A DNA stretch of 64,000 bases, taken from sequence record KU935715.1; one strand, given 5' to 3'. The notes under the pieces were generated by a model. It had not been told where the DNA came from and searched no databases. It worked only from the letters and a program-made list of their open reading frames with translations. Positions 8,783 through 23,700 of this stretch are shown piece by piece. This DNA comes from Acinetobacter phage vB_AbaM_ME3. The stretch's first letter is position 1. Each line of letters begins with the position of its first letter. The position numbers and the translations under genes were made by a program.

Positions 8783-11700
8783 TCAGAAATTGCTAGCATC
8801 AATATCTTCTAAAGCTGGTTTCCATTCAGTAGCTTTATTACCTCTTTCGTATTGAACTCTAGAGATATAATAAGTACCTGCTGCTGCTGCATAGAGTACA
8901 ATATTAGGATTAACTGTAGTCTTAGTTAAAGACACAGTATATCTTTTCCAAGTAGTACTTAAAGGAACTACTGAAGTTCCAGTATGACCTTCATTAGATA
9001 CATTCAAAGATATAGCAGCACTAGCCTTAGCCCAAAAGGATACTACTATAGGAATCCCAGTTTCTTTTAATAAATTATTAAGAGTTCTGTAAATACCTTG
9101 TCCAGATCCAGAAGTAACCATTCTCAAACATTTAGTAGCACCATTTGGAATAGTAGTATCTGTAAAGATATCTACAGTTGGTGTACCATTAGTTGTCCAA
9201 TCGTTTCTATTAACTTCAAAAGAAGAGTTAAATAAATAGTTTCTACTTCCAACTTCAATTGAATCAGTATAAGCATTAGCTCTTGCTACATTTGCATCTG
9301 CAATAGCTTTTAATAAAAGAGTTTTTTGATCATAATAATTCGAGAAGTTAGTCTGGAAAGTTGTTCTAACAATATCAGAAGTGGTATTTAAGTTAGTCAG
9401 TATAGGAGTAATGTACCCATTAAGAGTATCATATCTACTATTATATAAACTTGTAGAAACACCTAGAGTATCTGCTTGTTGAACAAGAGTTGGTTTTTCT
9501 TTAACAATTTCATCCCAAATAACTTTAGTATTCTTTTTCTCTACAGGAGTTAATTTATTATCAGCTGCAATGTCAGATAAGGTAGAATTAATTGAAACAA
9601 TTTTATTCTCTGTATCTGCAATAGCAGGAGACCAATCTGTAGCCTTATTACCAATTTCTAATTTAACAGCTTTTGCAAATAGTGCTGCCGCTGTACCACT
9701 AGTTGTAGACCCATTATTATCTATTCGTATATACCCAACTTGACTAGAAGCGTTCGTTTTAAACGTCCAAGTGATATATTGATAAGAAGTTGTTAAGTTT
9801 ATTTTAGTAAATTGGTAAGGTGTACTACCACCTAACCAATAAATATCCATAGTAGAGAAAGCGCCACTACATTTAAACCAACCAGAGACAGTATAAGTTG
9901 TATTAGGATTTAAAGAACCACCATCAATTAGATAGCTAGGTAAGTAAACTTCAGTCGTACCTGTAGTACTTACTGTTCTTTCATCTCCAGAAGATAATAA
10001 TAAATTAGTACCTCCAATAACAAGATCATCAACTTTTTTCTGGGCACCAGCTTGAGTCTCAAATAGATCCATATTCATTACATATGATCTATCTGTATAC
10101 ACAGTCATATCTGATTCCCATGCAATACTCCAACCACCTTGGAAGGAATCTGGAGGATTAGTATGAGTAATAGCAGCTCTGTCAACATATACAGCTGGAT
10201 AACTCCAACTACCTGTTTTTTCTATAATAATAACAACATTCTTATTTGCATCCAAAGCAAAAGAAACGTTAGTAATATTAATACCTTTAGCTGCAACTCT
10301 TTGGTTAGCAGGAAAAGGATTAGTTGTAGTATAAGCATAAAAACCTATATCAATTTGAAATTGAGCATCAGTATTAGCAGTATAATTATACCCAGTAATA
10401 GTTAAATCACACATATAAGCACTAAGCTTAATAGGTGTATGAATTACTAAAATATTAGAAGATCCACCATTTAATCGAGCAGATGCTACTTTAGTAAATA
10501 CTTTACCAATTCCACTATCTAGTCTTTCAATATTATTACTTGGTATTTTAGCTGCATACATTTCATCTACTTGACTACTTAAAGTAGTAGGTGTTGTAAA
10601 GCCACCATTACCAACTCCATTATTAACAATAATATCAATAACATGGGTACCAGCTGTTACACTAAATGAAACAGGACTAGTTGTATAGCTAGTTGCACTA
10701 AATATTAAGTTACCATCTAAATAAATAGCATGAGCATCATCACCAACAAAATTACCTAAATTAATAGTTTTTGTAGTATTTACTGTAAATATAGCTCTAT
10801 GATAGATTACTGAATTTAAATTAGTACTAGTCATCGTGCTTCCATCATTTGCATAATAGGAAGACGTTGTAGGGAACAGATTAATATAAGAATAATCAGG
10901 TACTACATTTATAGATAAATAAGGTTGAGTCTTACCAGCAACAAACACTGCCCATTGATTAGATTTAGAATAATCAAACTGATTTGGTAGCATATTACTA
11001 CCGACAGATTTATTAATATTTAAAATCTGATCATTTAACGTAGCACTAATTTCAGCAGGATTATAACCATTTTGGAAATTAGTACTAGAGCCAACAGTAA
11101 TAGCATCAGCTCTTATTTGAGAAGCTGTAATACTATTTGCAACAATTTGAGAACCATCAATTACAGTTGTAGTAGTGCCATAAAGTAACCATTCATAAAT
11201 GTGATTACCGACATTAACACTATTACCATTACCATAAAGTCTAAAGTATCTAGCTGTAACACCTGGATAGAAAGCATCTTCAGTAGAAACAGTTTGGTAT
11301 TTAACTCCAGCACCATCACCTGTAGAAGGATTGCTTGTACTCCAACCAGTATTAGTAGAATTACCTGCAAAATAATTCCAAGTCACACCATCAATAGAGT
11401 ACTTGATTTTATACCAATAATATCTTGCGTCTTGAGCATACCAATATGCAATACTTTGAGTAACTGCATAAACAGCGCCAAGATCAACTTCAATATAATC
11501 ACGTTCAGTACCACTATTTGAACTGTTTCCAGTACCAAAAGATACATAAACAGAACCAACTTTATAGTTACCATCATTAGGAACAGTTGAAGTAGATGTA
11601 CTACCATTTGAATTAATAGTATAAGTTCTACCAGCTGTTAAATTACCAGCTTTTGATGTACCACCTTCTAATACAATTTTATCTGTAGTTAACGAATTAA

Positions 11701-14700
11701 TCTGAGCAGATTTAATTGTAGCATTAGCAATAAGAACACTATCAATATAAGTACCAGCAGGAACAGGTGTTCCATTAATAGTACCTGGAGAAGTTAAAAC
11801 AATGAATGGTTTTTTATTAGATGTTGGAGAACCAATGTAGAATTGATTTGCCTCAACAGCAAAAGCTGAAGTAGGTGTTCCATTATTAGCATCTGCAATT
11901 AAACCGTAACCAGCAACCAAACCACCCGCATTAACTTTAACAGCATACTTAGCTAAAATTCCATCAGGGCCACTAATAGCTTCATTCACAACTTGAGTTT
12001 GAGCTTGAAGCTCTGTAGCACTCTTAACAAATGCAGTAGCCACTTCACCTTGCTGTAACATAACATCTGTTACAATGAAGTTAGGAGCATACCCAGTAGG
12101 TGAATAAATAATAATATTAATATGCTTTAAATCTGCAATAGTTGTAAAAGTAAAAGTAAGACGACTTGGACTAGTAGTATTAATCGCTAACGAAGTACTT
12201 AATTGACTATTAGAATTTGCAGAGTTAAGTCGATGAATAATAACATTTACATTCTTATTATTTGCATCTAAAGCTTGAGCATAAAACGAAAGAGTATACT
12301 TAGCATTAGATAATAATAATTCGTTACCAGCACTAGTTATAGTCTGAATAAGCCCTTTAAAAGCTGTAGTTGTATCAGTACTATTAACTAAACACCAAGT
12401 CTTGCCATTCGTATCTTTATAAGCTGAAATAGCTGTACCTGAATTATTTCTCCAACCGTATAAACCATTAGTAGTATTACTAAAATTACCATTAGTAATA
12501 ATATTGTCACTACCAATACTTGCAGAAAGAGTTTTAATCTCTTGAGCAATAGCTCCATCAACTCCAGCTTGAGTAAGATACTTAGAATCAATTTGAGCCA
12601 TAGTAGGCTTAGCGGCATCTAGATTCTTAATGTCTGATTTCCAAGGGGACCATCCAGTAGTACCTACCGAGAATCTAGTATGAGTATTTAAACTATCACC
12701 AGCTGTCCAAACTTGAATGATATAACCGCCACTACTGTCATTCCAAGGAATTGTAGTTTCTAATACACCATAACCTGTAATGCCACCAGGAGAACCTATA
12801 GCAGAACCAGTTTTAAATTCTTGTACTTTACGTCTAGGATAATTAGCCCAATACCAACTTGGAGGTTGGTTAACATCTCTAGTATCTGGTAGTTGTAAAG
12901 CTTGCGCAATGTTAGAAGCAGAAATAGTTTGAGCTCCAGCTGCAATAGCTGTATCTGCGTCAGCTTTAGTATAGTAATTATTCATTACAGTACCAAAAGA
13001 ACCTATCAGAACTTCATTTCTATTTGGAGCATACATTTTATCTACTAATGTACTCAATAACTTAGTAAATCTAAAACCACCAACACTGGCATTATTGTTA
13101 ACGAGCACATCAATAATATTCCAACCAGCAGTTAATGTAAATGTAGTATCTACAGTCTCCATTGCTGAACTTATACTTGATTTAATTAAAATTCCATTTA
13201 CATATAAGCCCCAAGCATCATCACCTTGCATTGGTCCAACATTGATAGTTTTTCCAACAGCTACATATACTCTAGTTCTATAAGCACCAATTTTTCCAGT
13301 TGGAAGCGAAAGAGTTCCATTACCTACCGCTGTAGATTCTGTAACGTATAGAGTTGATTCTATAGAATAAGTATTAATAATACTATAAGTAGGAGCAACT
13401 GCTACATAAGCTTCAGGTCTTACAAAGATAACACATAACCATTTATTAGCTTGAGCAAAATCAGGATTAACTGGAAGACGACCATTATAACCATCTACAG
13501 TAAAAGCAGATCTTAACTGTTCGTATCTAAATGCTTGAGCATCATCTTTAGTAGTTAAAGTATCCATCTGACTTTGATAGTCAGCTAGAGTAGACTTAAT
13601 TGCTGGAGGAACATCATCATAGTCTGTTAAATCATATGCCTCAATAGAAGCTAAATAAATTTCTAAAGGACTATCTGTTGTCGGGCTAGGAGTAGAGCCT
13701 GTTGATTTATTGAAATAAACATGACCAGTAGTACTAAACGTACCAGTTGCGCCACATTCAATTCTTCTAATATAAGTCTCATATCTTCCTGTACCTTTAT
13801 TATTCCCAATAAATACATTTCGAGAGTCATTTCCAATAGCATTAGAAGCTGGCAAAACAGTCCACCCTTCAGGAAACTTCATAATATATTTTACTAGAAA
13901 TACAGCATTAGCTCTTGAGTTAATATTTTGATAAAACCCTGCCCAACCTGGAGAACTCAATGTTGAACTTGAAATTTTCATTTCAAAACCAGATGTAGTA
14001 GGATTATCAGAACTCTTTGCTACTCTAGCAGGAACAGTTCCTGAATAACCATTTACACTATTTGTGCCTACTTTAAATGTAGGATCTGCATATAATAATT
14101 TGCCACTATTAAATGACCTAGCTAAATATCCAGCATCTGATACATCTTTAGTTAAAGTGGTTGTAGTTGATTCTAAGTTAGTTATCTTAGTAGCTTGACT
14201 ACCACTCATACCAACAGCAGTATTAATATTATCTATTGCTGTTGCTGTTGAATCTAATTGACTATCAATATCAATTGCAGCTTTAGACCAATCAGAAGGA
14301 ATATTACCTACTTCATATTGAGCTCTACTTACATAGAATGTACTTGCAGCAGAACCATAAATTCTTACTTGAGGTATACCCGCACTAATTACTTTAGTAG
14401 TGAAGAAGTATCTAGTCCATGTAGTACTTAACGTTGCTTCATATGTACTGATATCGTGATCACCAGGAAGTAATCTAACTTTAACTCCAGCTGTATCTGC
14501 TTTTAACCAAACACTAAATGTTATCTCTGTACCAGCAGGTACATTATAAGGTAACGGTCTAAGTATTCCGTGTAAAGTAGCAGTAGTTATAACTTTAAGA
14601 CATTTAGTTGCAGTGGTTGGAATAGTAGCATCATTAACTATTGTTAATGTAGGAGTACCATTTGATAACCAACCAGTTGTATTCACTTCAAAAGAGGAGT

Positions 14701-17700
14701 TAGGTATTAAGTTTGCACTACCTACTTGTAGTGTACTCTTAAAATCAGAAATCTTACCAGCAGTAGCTTGATCAGCTTGAGTCTTAGTATAATACGCATC
14801 AATAACTGTAGCATCTAATTTAGTTTGAACTTGAGCAACAGTAGCTACAGTATTATCTGTGTCATCAGCTGACAATAAGGCTCTTACATGGAAACCTTGA
14901 ACCTCACCTTTATACCCAGAAACTGTATGGTTAATAAAGAAGCCAGGAGAGAATTGAGGATAAATATCTTTTTGAGAAGTTAAATCAAAAATCATCTCAA
15001 CAAATTGCCAATTACCATCAGCAGTAACAACTCTACTTGCACTCGAATACTGAGATGTAGTTCTAATACCATTAGGTTTAATTAATAACCAGTTAAAGCC
15101 ACAACTACCACCACTACCAACTTCTCTTCTCATCCAAACAGAAAATTTATAAGCTCTATTATTAGGAAGAATAGTTCTAGAATAATTCCAACAGTTAGCT
15201 ACTGTAGTAGGTTTACTAAATACATAAGGACCTACTTTACCATCAGTAATAGTAGTAAAATAGTTTGTTAAATCATAGCCATAGTGAGATTGCCATTCAG
15301 AAACTAATTTCAAATTATAATCAGCTGTTAAAGAATCACTATCACGAACAACCTCAAGTTTAGAACTTAATTTAGTATCAATAGCTGCAATAGCTTCATT
15401 AGTACCAGTCTTCGTATAATAATTATTAAGGACAAGAGCATCTACTCTAGGACCTAAATTATCAACTAAAGATTTAGTATTCATTGCTGGATACATGTTA
15501 GTAACTTGACTTCCTAGGGAAGTAGCTACAGATACATTTTCATCTCCAGTACCTTCATTAACAAGTAAGTCAATACAATGCCAACCAGCACTTAAAGCAA
15601 AGGTAACAGCAGTACCACCAGAAGATCTAGGAACACTATCATAGACTTTAGTGTTATCTACATACATAGCAACAGAACAGTTATTAGTCATTGCACCTAA
15701 ATTGATAGTCTTAGCAGATGTAACATTTACAAATGTTCTATATGCAATAAAGACATTATCATGAGTACTTGAAACTAAACTTGTACTACTTCCAACATAA
15801 TTAGAAGTAATAACTGTATTCGCAATTAAATGTTTATATTCAGGAATTACAGTTTCAGCTTCACCACCACGTTTAGTATAAACAACTTTCAACCATTTAT
15901 TAGGTTCTTTATCATCATATTCAGTAGGTAATGTTAATTGAGGATAAACAGAACTTTCTACTGTTGTAATACGTTGATTAATAGCTGTATCTGCATTAGT
16001 TGTAGAAGTTGCTAATGTAGTAATTTTTCCATCTAAACTTCTATCAGCATCTGCAAATTCAGTACGAACATTAGTAAAGCTTTGAGCAGTTGCTAATTTA
16101 TCTGAAGCATAAGTACTTTGGAAAGTAGTTAAATCAGCTGAAGTTTTGTTAAGAACTTTAACTATAGCTGGAGTAGATTTATCAAACGAAGTAGCTCTAT
16201 TACCAAGTTGTAATTGAACTTGTTTAACTTCATACCAATCACCAGCAGCAAATGCTCCAGAAGGAACAGAAATAGCAAATAATTGATTAGTAGATCCAGT
16301 AGCACCTAAATTAGCTACAGTTAATGTTCCAGTGACAAATTGCCAATTAGGAGTAACTGTAAATAATCTATTAGCTATAGTGGCTCCATATGAATATGCA
16401 TACCAACCTAATTGTTTAGTTACATTAGATCTAACCCAGAATGAAACGGTTAATGAATCACCTATAGCAGGTTTAGCATCCGCTACTAAACAACTATGGA
16501 AATAAACTCGTGCTAACCCATTAGTCGCATTTGCACTTACAAACGTTCCTCTATAATATTCTTGATCTCTATCGATCCAAGAAATTGTAGTGTTACCCCA
16601 TTCTTGAGCTGCAACACCATTGCTTTCTAGTGACCAAAGATTTTGACCACCAATCGTCATATTCTCAAACGACGATTTTACAGTATTTAAGGTGTTAGCT
16701 TGAGTATCGAATGCAGTAGTGTTTGCAGATTGATAAGATTCAACTTTTGAATCAATAGCTCTAATTGTATTTACAAAACTAGAATCAAATGGAGTAGGTC
16801 TTGAGCCTTTCTCAATTTTAACATTTCTGATTTCATAAGTACCAACTAATCCAGCAAATCCAAAATGAATACTTGGAGTTGTATAATTAGCTGCAAAATC
16901 ACGAACATGATAAACTCTTCTCCACTTTCCAGCCTCTAGAGTTTCCCCTGTAAGAGGTGTAGTGGCAAGATAACCCATTTGAGTACCCCAGTAGACACTA
17001 GGACTACCAATAGTACCACCAGAAGTAATACGTATATCAAAAGATACACATACTTTATTTCCAGTAGTACATAACTCAAATAATCTAGGTAACTTAGTCA
17101 TATCCATAGTACCACTAACGTAGTTCGCAGCAGCATTAGTAGAGACAACTGTTAAAATAGTTTTATCTGAATTAATAGAAGATGTTAATCCTGCTTCTGC
17201 TGTTCCAGCTGCAAAGAATTTTCCTGGATCATCATAAAGATTATCACCACCTAAAATCATACTATTAAAGGAAGTTGTTAATTGACTTAAACTTTGAGCA
17301 GTTGCACTATTTGCATCTGTTGAAGTTTGTTGAGCTTGTGCAATCTTAGCATCAGTAGCTGTGACATTAGCTGCAAACATTGCATCAATGTCGTAAGGAC
17401 TCTGACTCCAATCTGTAGGCTTAACATTCAATTCTCCATCAAATAATACAGCCCAATGAACGGTAGCTGTAGTTGCAGCATCAGTTCCACTAGGAAATAG
17501 ATAGAAAGAGATATTACTACCAGCACCAGCTGATGTACGAGTAAACGTAATCATTCTGATTTGCTTGGTAGCATTAATTACTTGATTTGCAGCAACAGTC
17601 GATAAACCCTGACTGCCATTAACCCATGCTCCAACATATGAAGTTGTATCAGCACCACCTCTTAAATGAGAAGCACAGAATACTAAAGTATATTTTTCTC

Positions 17701-20700
17701 CAACAGTTAAAGCACCACCACCAATATTATAAGATCCGAAACCATAAGTAGTCCCAGCTCTAACAAGGGCGACATTAGAGGCTATTAATCTATTTTTACC
17801 ATTACTAGTTAGATTACTAAATTGAGTATTAATATTACTGAATTTAGTAGCAGTTGAAGAATCTAAATTAGTAACAACATCAGTTAAATCTTGAATCTTA
17901 CCTAAAGCGACAGTATGGTTATTAGTAGCTAATGTCTTAGCATCAGTAGCTACAGTTAAAGTAGCGGCATTTGCATCACTAGCAGCTTTACTAACAGTAT
18001 TAATCTTAGCATCAGTGGTAATAAACTGTTTACTAATTGATGTATCACTTGCCCAAGGACTTGGATTATTATTATCACCTATTCTAACTTCCAACATCAT
18101 TTGCTCTAAATAAATAATAGCACCTGATAACCCAGTAGGGTTAGAAATTAATAAAGGACAATACGTACCATCAGCCGTAATTTCTACAACTTGACTAAAA
18201 CGTTTTAACGACGTATTAAGAACATGTCTTACACGAGGAGAAGCCACTGTACCATAGATATTAAAATCAATTGGCATACTAGCTAAATTAGATTTAGCAT
18301 AGAAACTAAAGATATAAAAACCTTTAGTTAAGAATAAATTTCTAGTTGTGTAAGCTCCAGCTTCGTTAAAATAGACACCACTACCAACTGAAGTAGTCGG
18401 AGATAAGGTATATCTATTTACTGTTGGATTTTCATAACTAGGTTCAACAACAAAGGTAGTCCCTGAAGTCCAAGGAGGATTAGGAACACCAATAGGAGCA
18501 GATATACTTAAAGGTAATAAATTAACACCACCATTAGGCATAGTAGAAAACTTAGTATCAATAGTTCCAAATTTAGTTGCTGTTGAACTACTTAAATCTG
18601 ATACAGTTGAAGTTAATGTTGCAATAGATGAGTTAGATGCAGCAACATCACCTTTTAATTCAGTTCTGTAACTTTCTAAACGATCTGCTACAGCTTTAGT
18701 TGCATTTGCGGCTACAGTTTTAGCATCATTAATCTGAGCTTGAGAATTGATATAATCTTGCTTTGTATCCTGATAAGCAGGAGTCCAAACAGAACGCTTA
18801 GTTCCCAATTCAATTTGTACGTTACTAATTTTAACAATAGAAGTAAAATTATTACCATTAGCTTTAACAGTAATATTATAAGGACCAACTGTTGAAGAAG
18901 TAGAACAAATAAATGCAAAGTCAGCTACTTTGTTTACAGCATAAGGAAACCCTGCTAAACCATCTTTAACATTATCAACATACATTTCCTCTACTATAAT
19001 TCCATTATTAACTCCAATACTAACATCATTTAAAGTACCAGATTCAACTTTAACTTTAAAAGAGATAACAAATTTAGTATTAATTGGAAGAACAGTATTA
19101 ACAAAAGTATTAATAACTCCTGATGCGTTACTTGAACTCTTAAAGGAGTAAGCATACTCTTCAGGAATAGGAGTAAATAATGAAGGACTTCCAACACCTA
19201 AAGCATCTTTAAAGATCCATAAGTTAGGAGATGACATTAAGTTGTCTCTCTTAAACCCAGCCTTTAAAGTATTAATATCTGTAGATGTTGTTCCAGCTAA
19301 ATTAGTAATAGATTCTTGAAGATCAATAATTGCTCCAGATACCTCTGTATCTAAATCAGATACAGTTGTCTCTAGTGTGTTTAATCTAGAAGCTGATGAA
19401 GCAGCACTAGAAGAAGTAGCATCTAACTGAGATCCAAGACGAGCTTGTGATGCGCTAACAGGTAATAAACTATAAGGAGATAATGATTGACCTTCAGCCC
19501 ACTTAGAAGGGTTAGGATTTGTTCCATACTGTTGTTCTAACATCATACGTTCAATGAACATAGGACGACTAACTGTAGATCCAGCTGCATTTACAACAAA
19601 ACGAACAGTATATTTACCAGCAGTAGTAACATCAAAAACTTTAGAATATCTTGTAAGAGACGTAGCTAAAGTAATGGCTGTATTATCTAAAGCATTTACA
19701 ATATTACTTGCGTCTCTCATTAAATTTACAGAAATGCTTTGATTCGTAATAGACGAATATGCATAAAAACTAAGAATATATTTCCCAGGGTTTAAATCTG
19801 TAAATTCAGCTACAAAAGTGCTAGGAGAAGTGGCTAAAACAACATTAGCTGCTTGGTTAGGATCATACCTAATACCTTTTAGTCCTGTAACGATTGTACT
19901 GTCATATAAAGCAATAGTGTCTGTACTACCTGAAGGATAGAAATTACTTACATCTACAGGATTAGTAACTTTACTACTTAGTAAATTAATTCCAGAGTTA
20001 GGAACTGTAGTGAATTGAGTAGTAAGTCCAGAAATTTGATTAGCACTAGCTGTATCACCATCAGTAATTGCTTTAGTTAAATTAACAACAGTTGCGTCGA
20101 TCTTACTGTTTAATACCTTAGGCATTTCTTTATAGTCAGACCAATCAGTCGGCTTATTACCTAATTCAATCTTCCATCGACTAATGATTAAACCACCATT
20201 AATAGAGTCAGTATGAAACTGAATATTAGGTACAATATCAGTTGTTAAAGGAGTAGTTAAATTAATAACTTTATAGTATTGACACCAACCACCAGAAGAT
20301 AAATTTCCAATAACTCTATCAAAGTCTACATAATTGTAATTAGAAGCTAAGAATAATCTTGGTTTTCCTGTAGGTACTTTAGTAGTATCAACAGCTTTAG
20401 CCCAAAAACTAAATACAATAGAAATACCAGTAGTGTTTCTAAAATTATCAGTAGTAACTTTTAAATCAGTATCAGCACTCCAATAATTAGTTATATACGT
20501 ATAACCTAAAGTAGTAGCTGGATCTTGAATAGTAAGCTTTAAATACCCTTCAGGGGTAATTTCTCTTAATAACCTAGAATTACCTACAGTACCAACACGA
20601 AACTTATCTGTATAAGCTGCTAAATTAGCACTACCAATAGTAAAATTGTCAAATGTACTTTGTAATGTATTTAGTTGACTAACTGCATTACCTACAGCAG

Positions 20701-23700
20701 TTGTTCTATTAGTAGTTTCAGTAGCAATTAATCCTCTAACAGCAACATCATTATTTTCAATCGTTGTAGTAATAGATGTTAATTGAGAACCAAAAGCTTC
20801 ATCAGCATTAGCTCTAGCAGTAGCTTCATTAGTTACAGCAGCATTAACTTGATTAATAGCTTTTGTTGTTATCCAACTAGGTTTAGTATACGCTGAAGTA
20901 ACTGTTCCTTGTTGTAACTGAACATTACGAATTTCAAGTGTTTTACCAACTAAATCAGTAGCAGCTACATTGTTATCAGATGCTACATATCTAATACCTA
21001 ATAAACCATCATAAGAATCTGAAGGAGTTCCAGTATTTGTATTTATAAGATTGTTAAGTCTTACAGTAGTCCATTTATTAACTTCTACAGTTTGTAGAAA
21101 ATTAGCAATCGGATTTGCTTGTCCATAGATGTAAACAAAAACTCTAATCTTAGAGTATGCAGATTTAATTTCAAAAGAAACAGAATGTGGCTGTTCTAAA
21201 TTAATTTTAGACGGAAATTCAGTACTTTTTAAATTTCGCCATAAATTGCTAAAGATTCCACTAGATTGAGCAGTAATCGTTAATTTCTGATGTTGTAAAT
21301 CAGAAGTCATCATTTCTTTAGTAGCAGTACCGTAATCAGAACTACCTGAATTACTAAACCACCATAAATTATCTGTCCCTACTACATTACTTCCAAAAGA
21401 AGCTTGTAAAGAATTAACTTGATCAACTACAGTATCAATAGCTGTAGTTCTAGCTGTTCTCTCGTCTACAATTAAACCTTTTACTGCTACATCATTATCA
21501 TTGACTTTAGTAGTAAGAGCTTGAAATTGACTAGCAAAAGATGCCTCACTTGTTGTAATAGCTTTATTGATTTCAATAATAGAAGCTTCTAAATTACCAT
21601 TACTAGAGACCCAATCAGATGGAGCTGTACCAGTGCCTATTTGTTTTTCCACCATAATCATATCAACTAAGATATAATTATTGTCAGAGACAGCTTGATT
21701 ACCAGTATCACAATAAATTAAAAGATATCCACCTTCAGCTGGTACAGTATTAGGTACTGTAAGAACTGAAGAATATCTTACTTGGGTAGTCGTTAAAGCT
21801 ATTTCAGGACCGTTAATATACAAACCTGAGGATGCTCTAAAAGCAAATTTAAATTTAGTTCCAGCGATTCCTGCTTTAACATAAGCAGATACAATATAAC
21901 TGGTATTAGGTTTTAGTCTTAAATTATCATAAGTAGTTATAGTTTTAGCAAAAGCTAAATAACTGTTAGCTCCAGTCCCAGTCTTTTTAATCTTCCATTG
22001 TTTAGCAACAGAAGGATCTCTTAATGTACTAGGTTCTATTGTAGGAGTAACTGCATTAATTGTAATACTCTTAAGTCCTACAGGATCACTATATTCAGCA
22101 GCTAATAGGTTAACACCACTTCCACTAAAAGAACTCTGTAATAAACTTACAGACTGAGCTAAGGACTGGTCTGCATTGGATCTAGTTGTAGCCTCATTAC
22201 TAACTAAAGAAGACGTAATGCCTTTCTCTGTTTCAAAATCAGATCTTAACACTTCTAATAGTTGAGCATTACTTTCAATATCATTTGATAAAGCTTCTTT
22301 TTCAACTTGAATAATAGATCTAGTTTCAGTATCTAATGTTGTAAATTCAGTTCGAACTTGATCAATCTCTTGAGCTCTAGCCTGAGTCTCATCAGCAATA
22401 GCAGTCTGCAATGAAGAAATATTAGCATTACTGATAACTTCTCTATCTAATACATCGAAAGGAGATTCGATCCAATCAGTTGTCGCTATAGCATCTCCTC
22501 TCACTAACATCGCCCAATGTACAGTAGCTGTACCTGAAGTTGTAGCTTGAGGATAATAATAAAAATTAATTGTTGAAAAATTATTAGTTGTAGGAGTAAA
22601 AGTAGTCTTAAATACCTTCCTTACACTTCCTTTAGTAGTTGTACTAAAAGGAATAGCTACAGATGAACCTTGCCAACCTCTAATCTCAGCAGGAGCTGAA
22701 GGCTCAGAAGAAACATCATGAGTAATACATGCAATTAATGTATATTTCTCATTAATTACTATTGGCTCTCCAATAGTATATCCACCAATTAAATAAGTTC
22801 CAGCAGTACGAACTAGAGCTACATTTGACTTTTTAAGAAGGTTCTTACCAGCTGTATTTAAATTAGTAAAACTTGCATCTAATGTATTTAGTCGAGTAGT
22901 AATTGTTCCAACTTGAGAAGTTCTAATATCTCTTTCTTCAGCAATTAATCCTCTAACTTGAGTATCATTTGATGTAACAGTTGCACTAAGAGCTTCAACA
23001 GTACTAGCTGTAGCAGCACTTTGAGTTGCAGTAGCATCAGCTTTTTCAATAACACTAGCTAAATTAGTTTGCATAGTGCTTGAATCAGTTTCTAATGTAT
23101 CAACACGAGCATCCAGTGCTGTCATTGTAGAAGAATTGGCAATGCCATCTTCAATACGAGTAGTAATTTCTTCTCTTACGTTTGCAAGTGCTGCATCATT
23201 ACTTGTTTTATAATTAGTTATATTTTGAAGTAATTGATCATCACCAGAGATACGAGCAGTTGCTTCGTTAGTAATACCATTTTCTAACTCTGCAATTTTT
23301 CCTAATCTATCAATTTGTTCTAATGTAATGTCTCCAATAAGATCATTAACATTATTCATAACAGTTGTATTATTAGAATTTATTTGACTATTAACATAAT
23401 CAATCATCTCTTGAGTGACAGTTCCAGCATCAATACGGGCATTAAGGTCGTCAATCTTTTGAGATAAGATATTAATATCTTCAATAGCTAAATTATCAAT
23501 TTTAGCATTCAACTGTGTTACAGCAGTTCCTACTTTACTATCAATAGCAGCATTACGATCAATTACTTCCTGATTAAGATCAGCAATTAATTGATCAGTT
23601 TTACTTGTAATAACCCCTTCAATTCTAATAAACTCTGAATTGTAATAAGCTGCCTTAGCATCTACATCAGCTTGAACAGAGTCAATTAAAGTATTAGCAG

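Noticed and set aside
10139-19742. Plus-strand ORFs (10139..10405, 11201..11521, 13095..13283, 19554..19742) and minus-strand alternative-frame ORFs (11161..11370, 11383..11607, 12388..12618, 18712..18918) inside the giant fibre gene
   Set aside because: They lie entirely within the 16-kb fibre ORF, in antisense or alternative frames. Translations are low-complexity (Leu/Ile/Val runs) with no start context; they are artefacts of an AT-rich, repeat-rich coding region.
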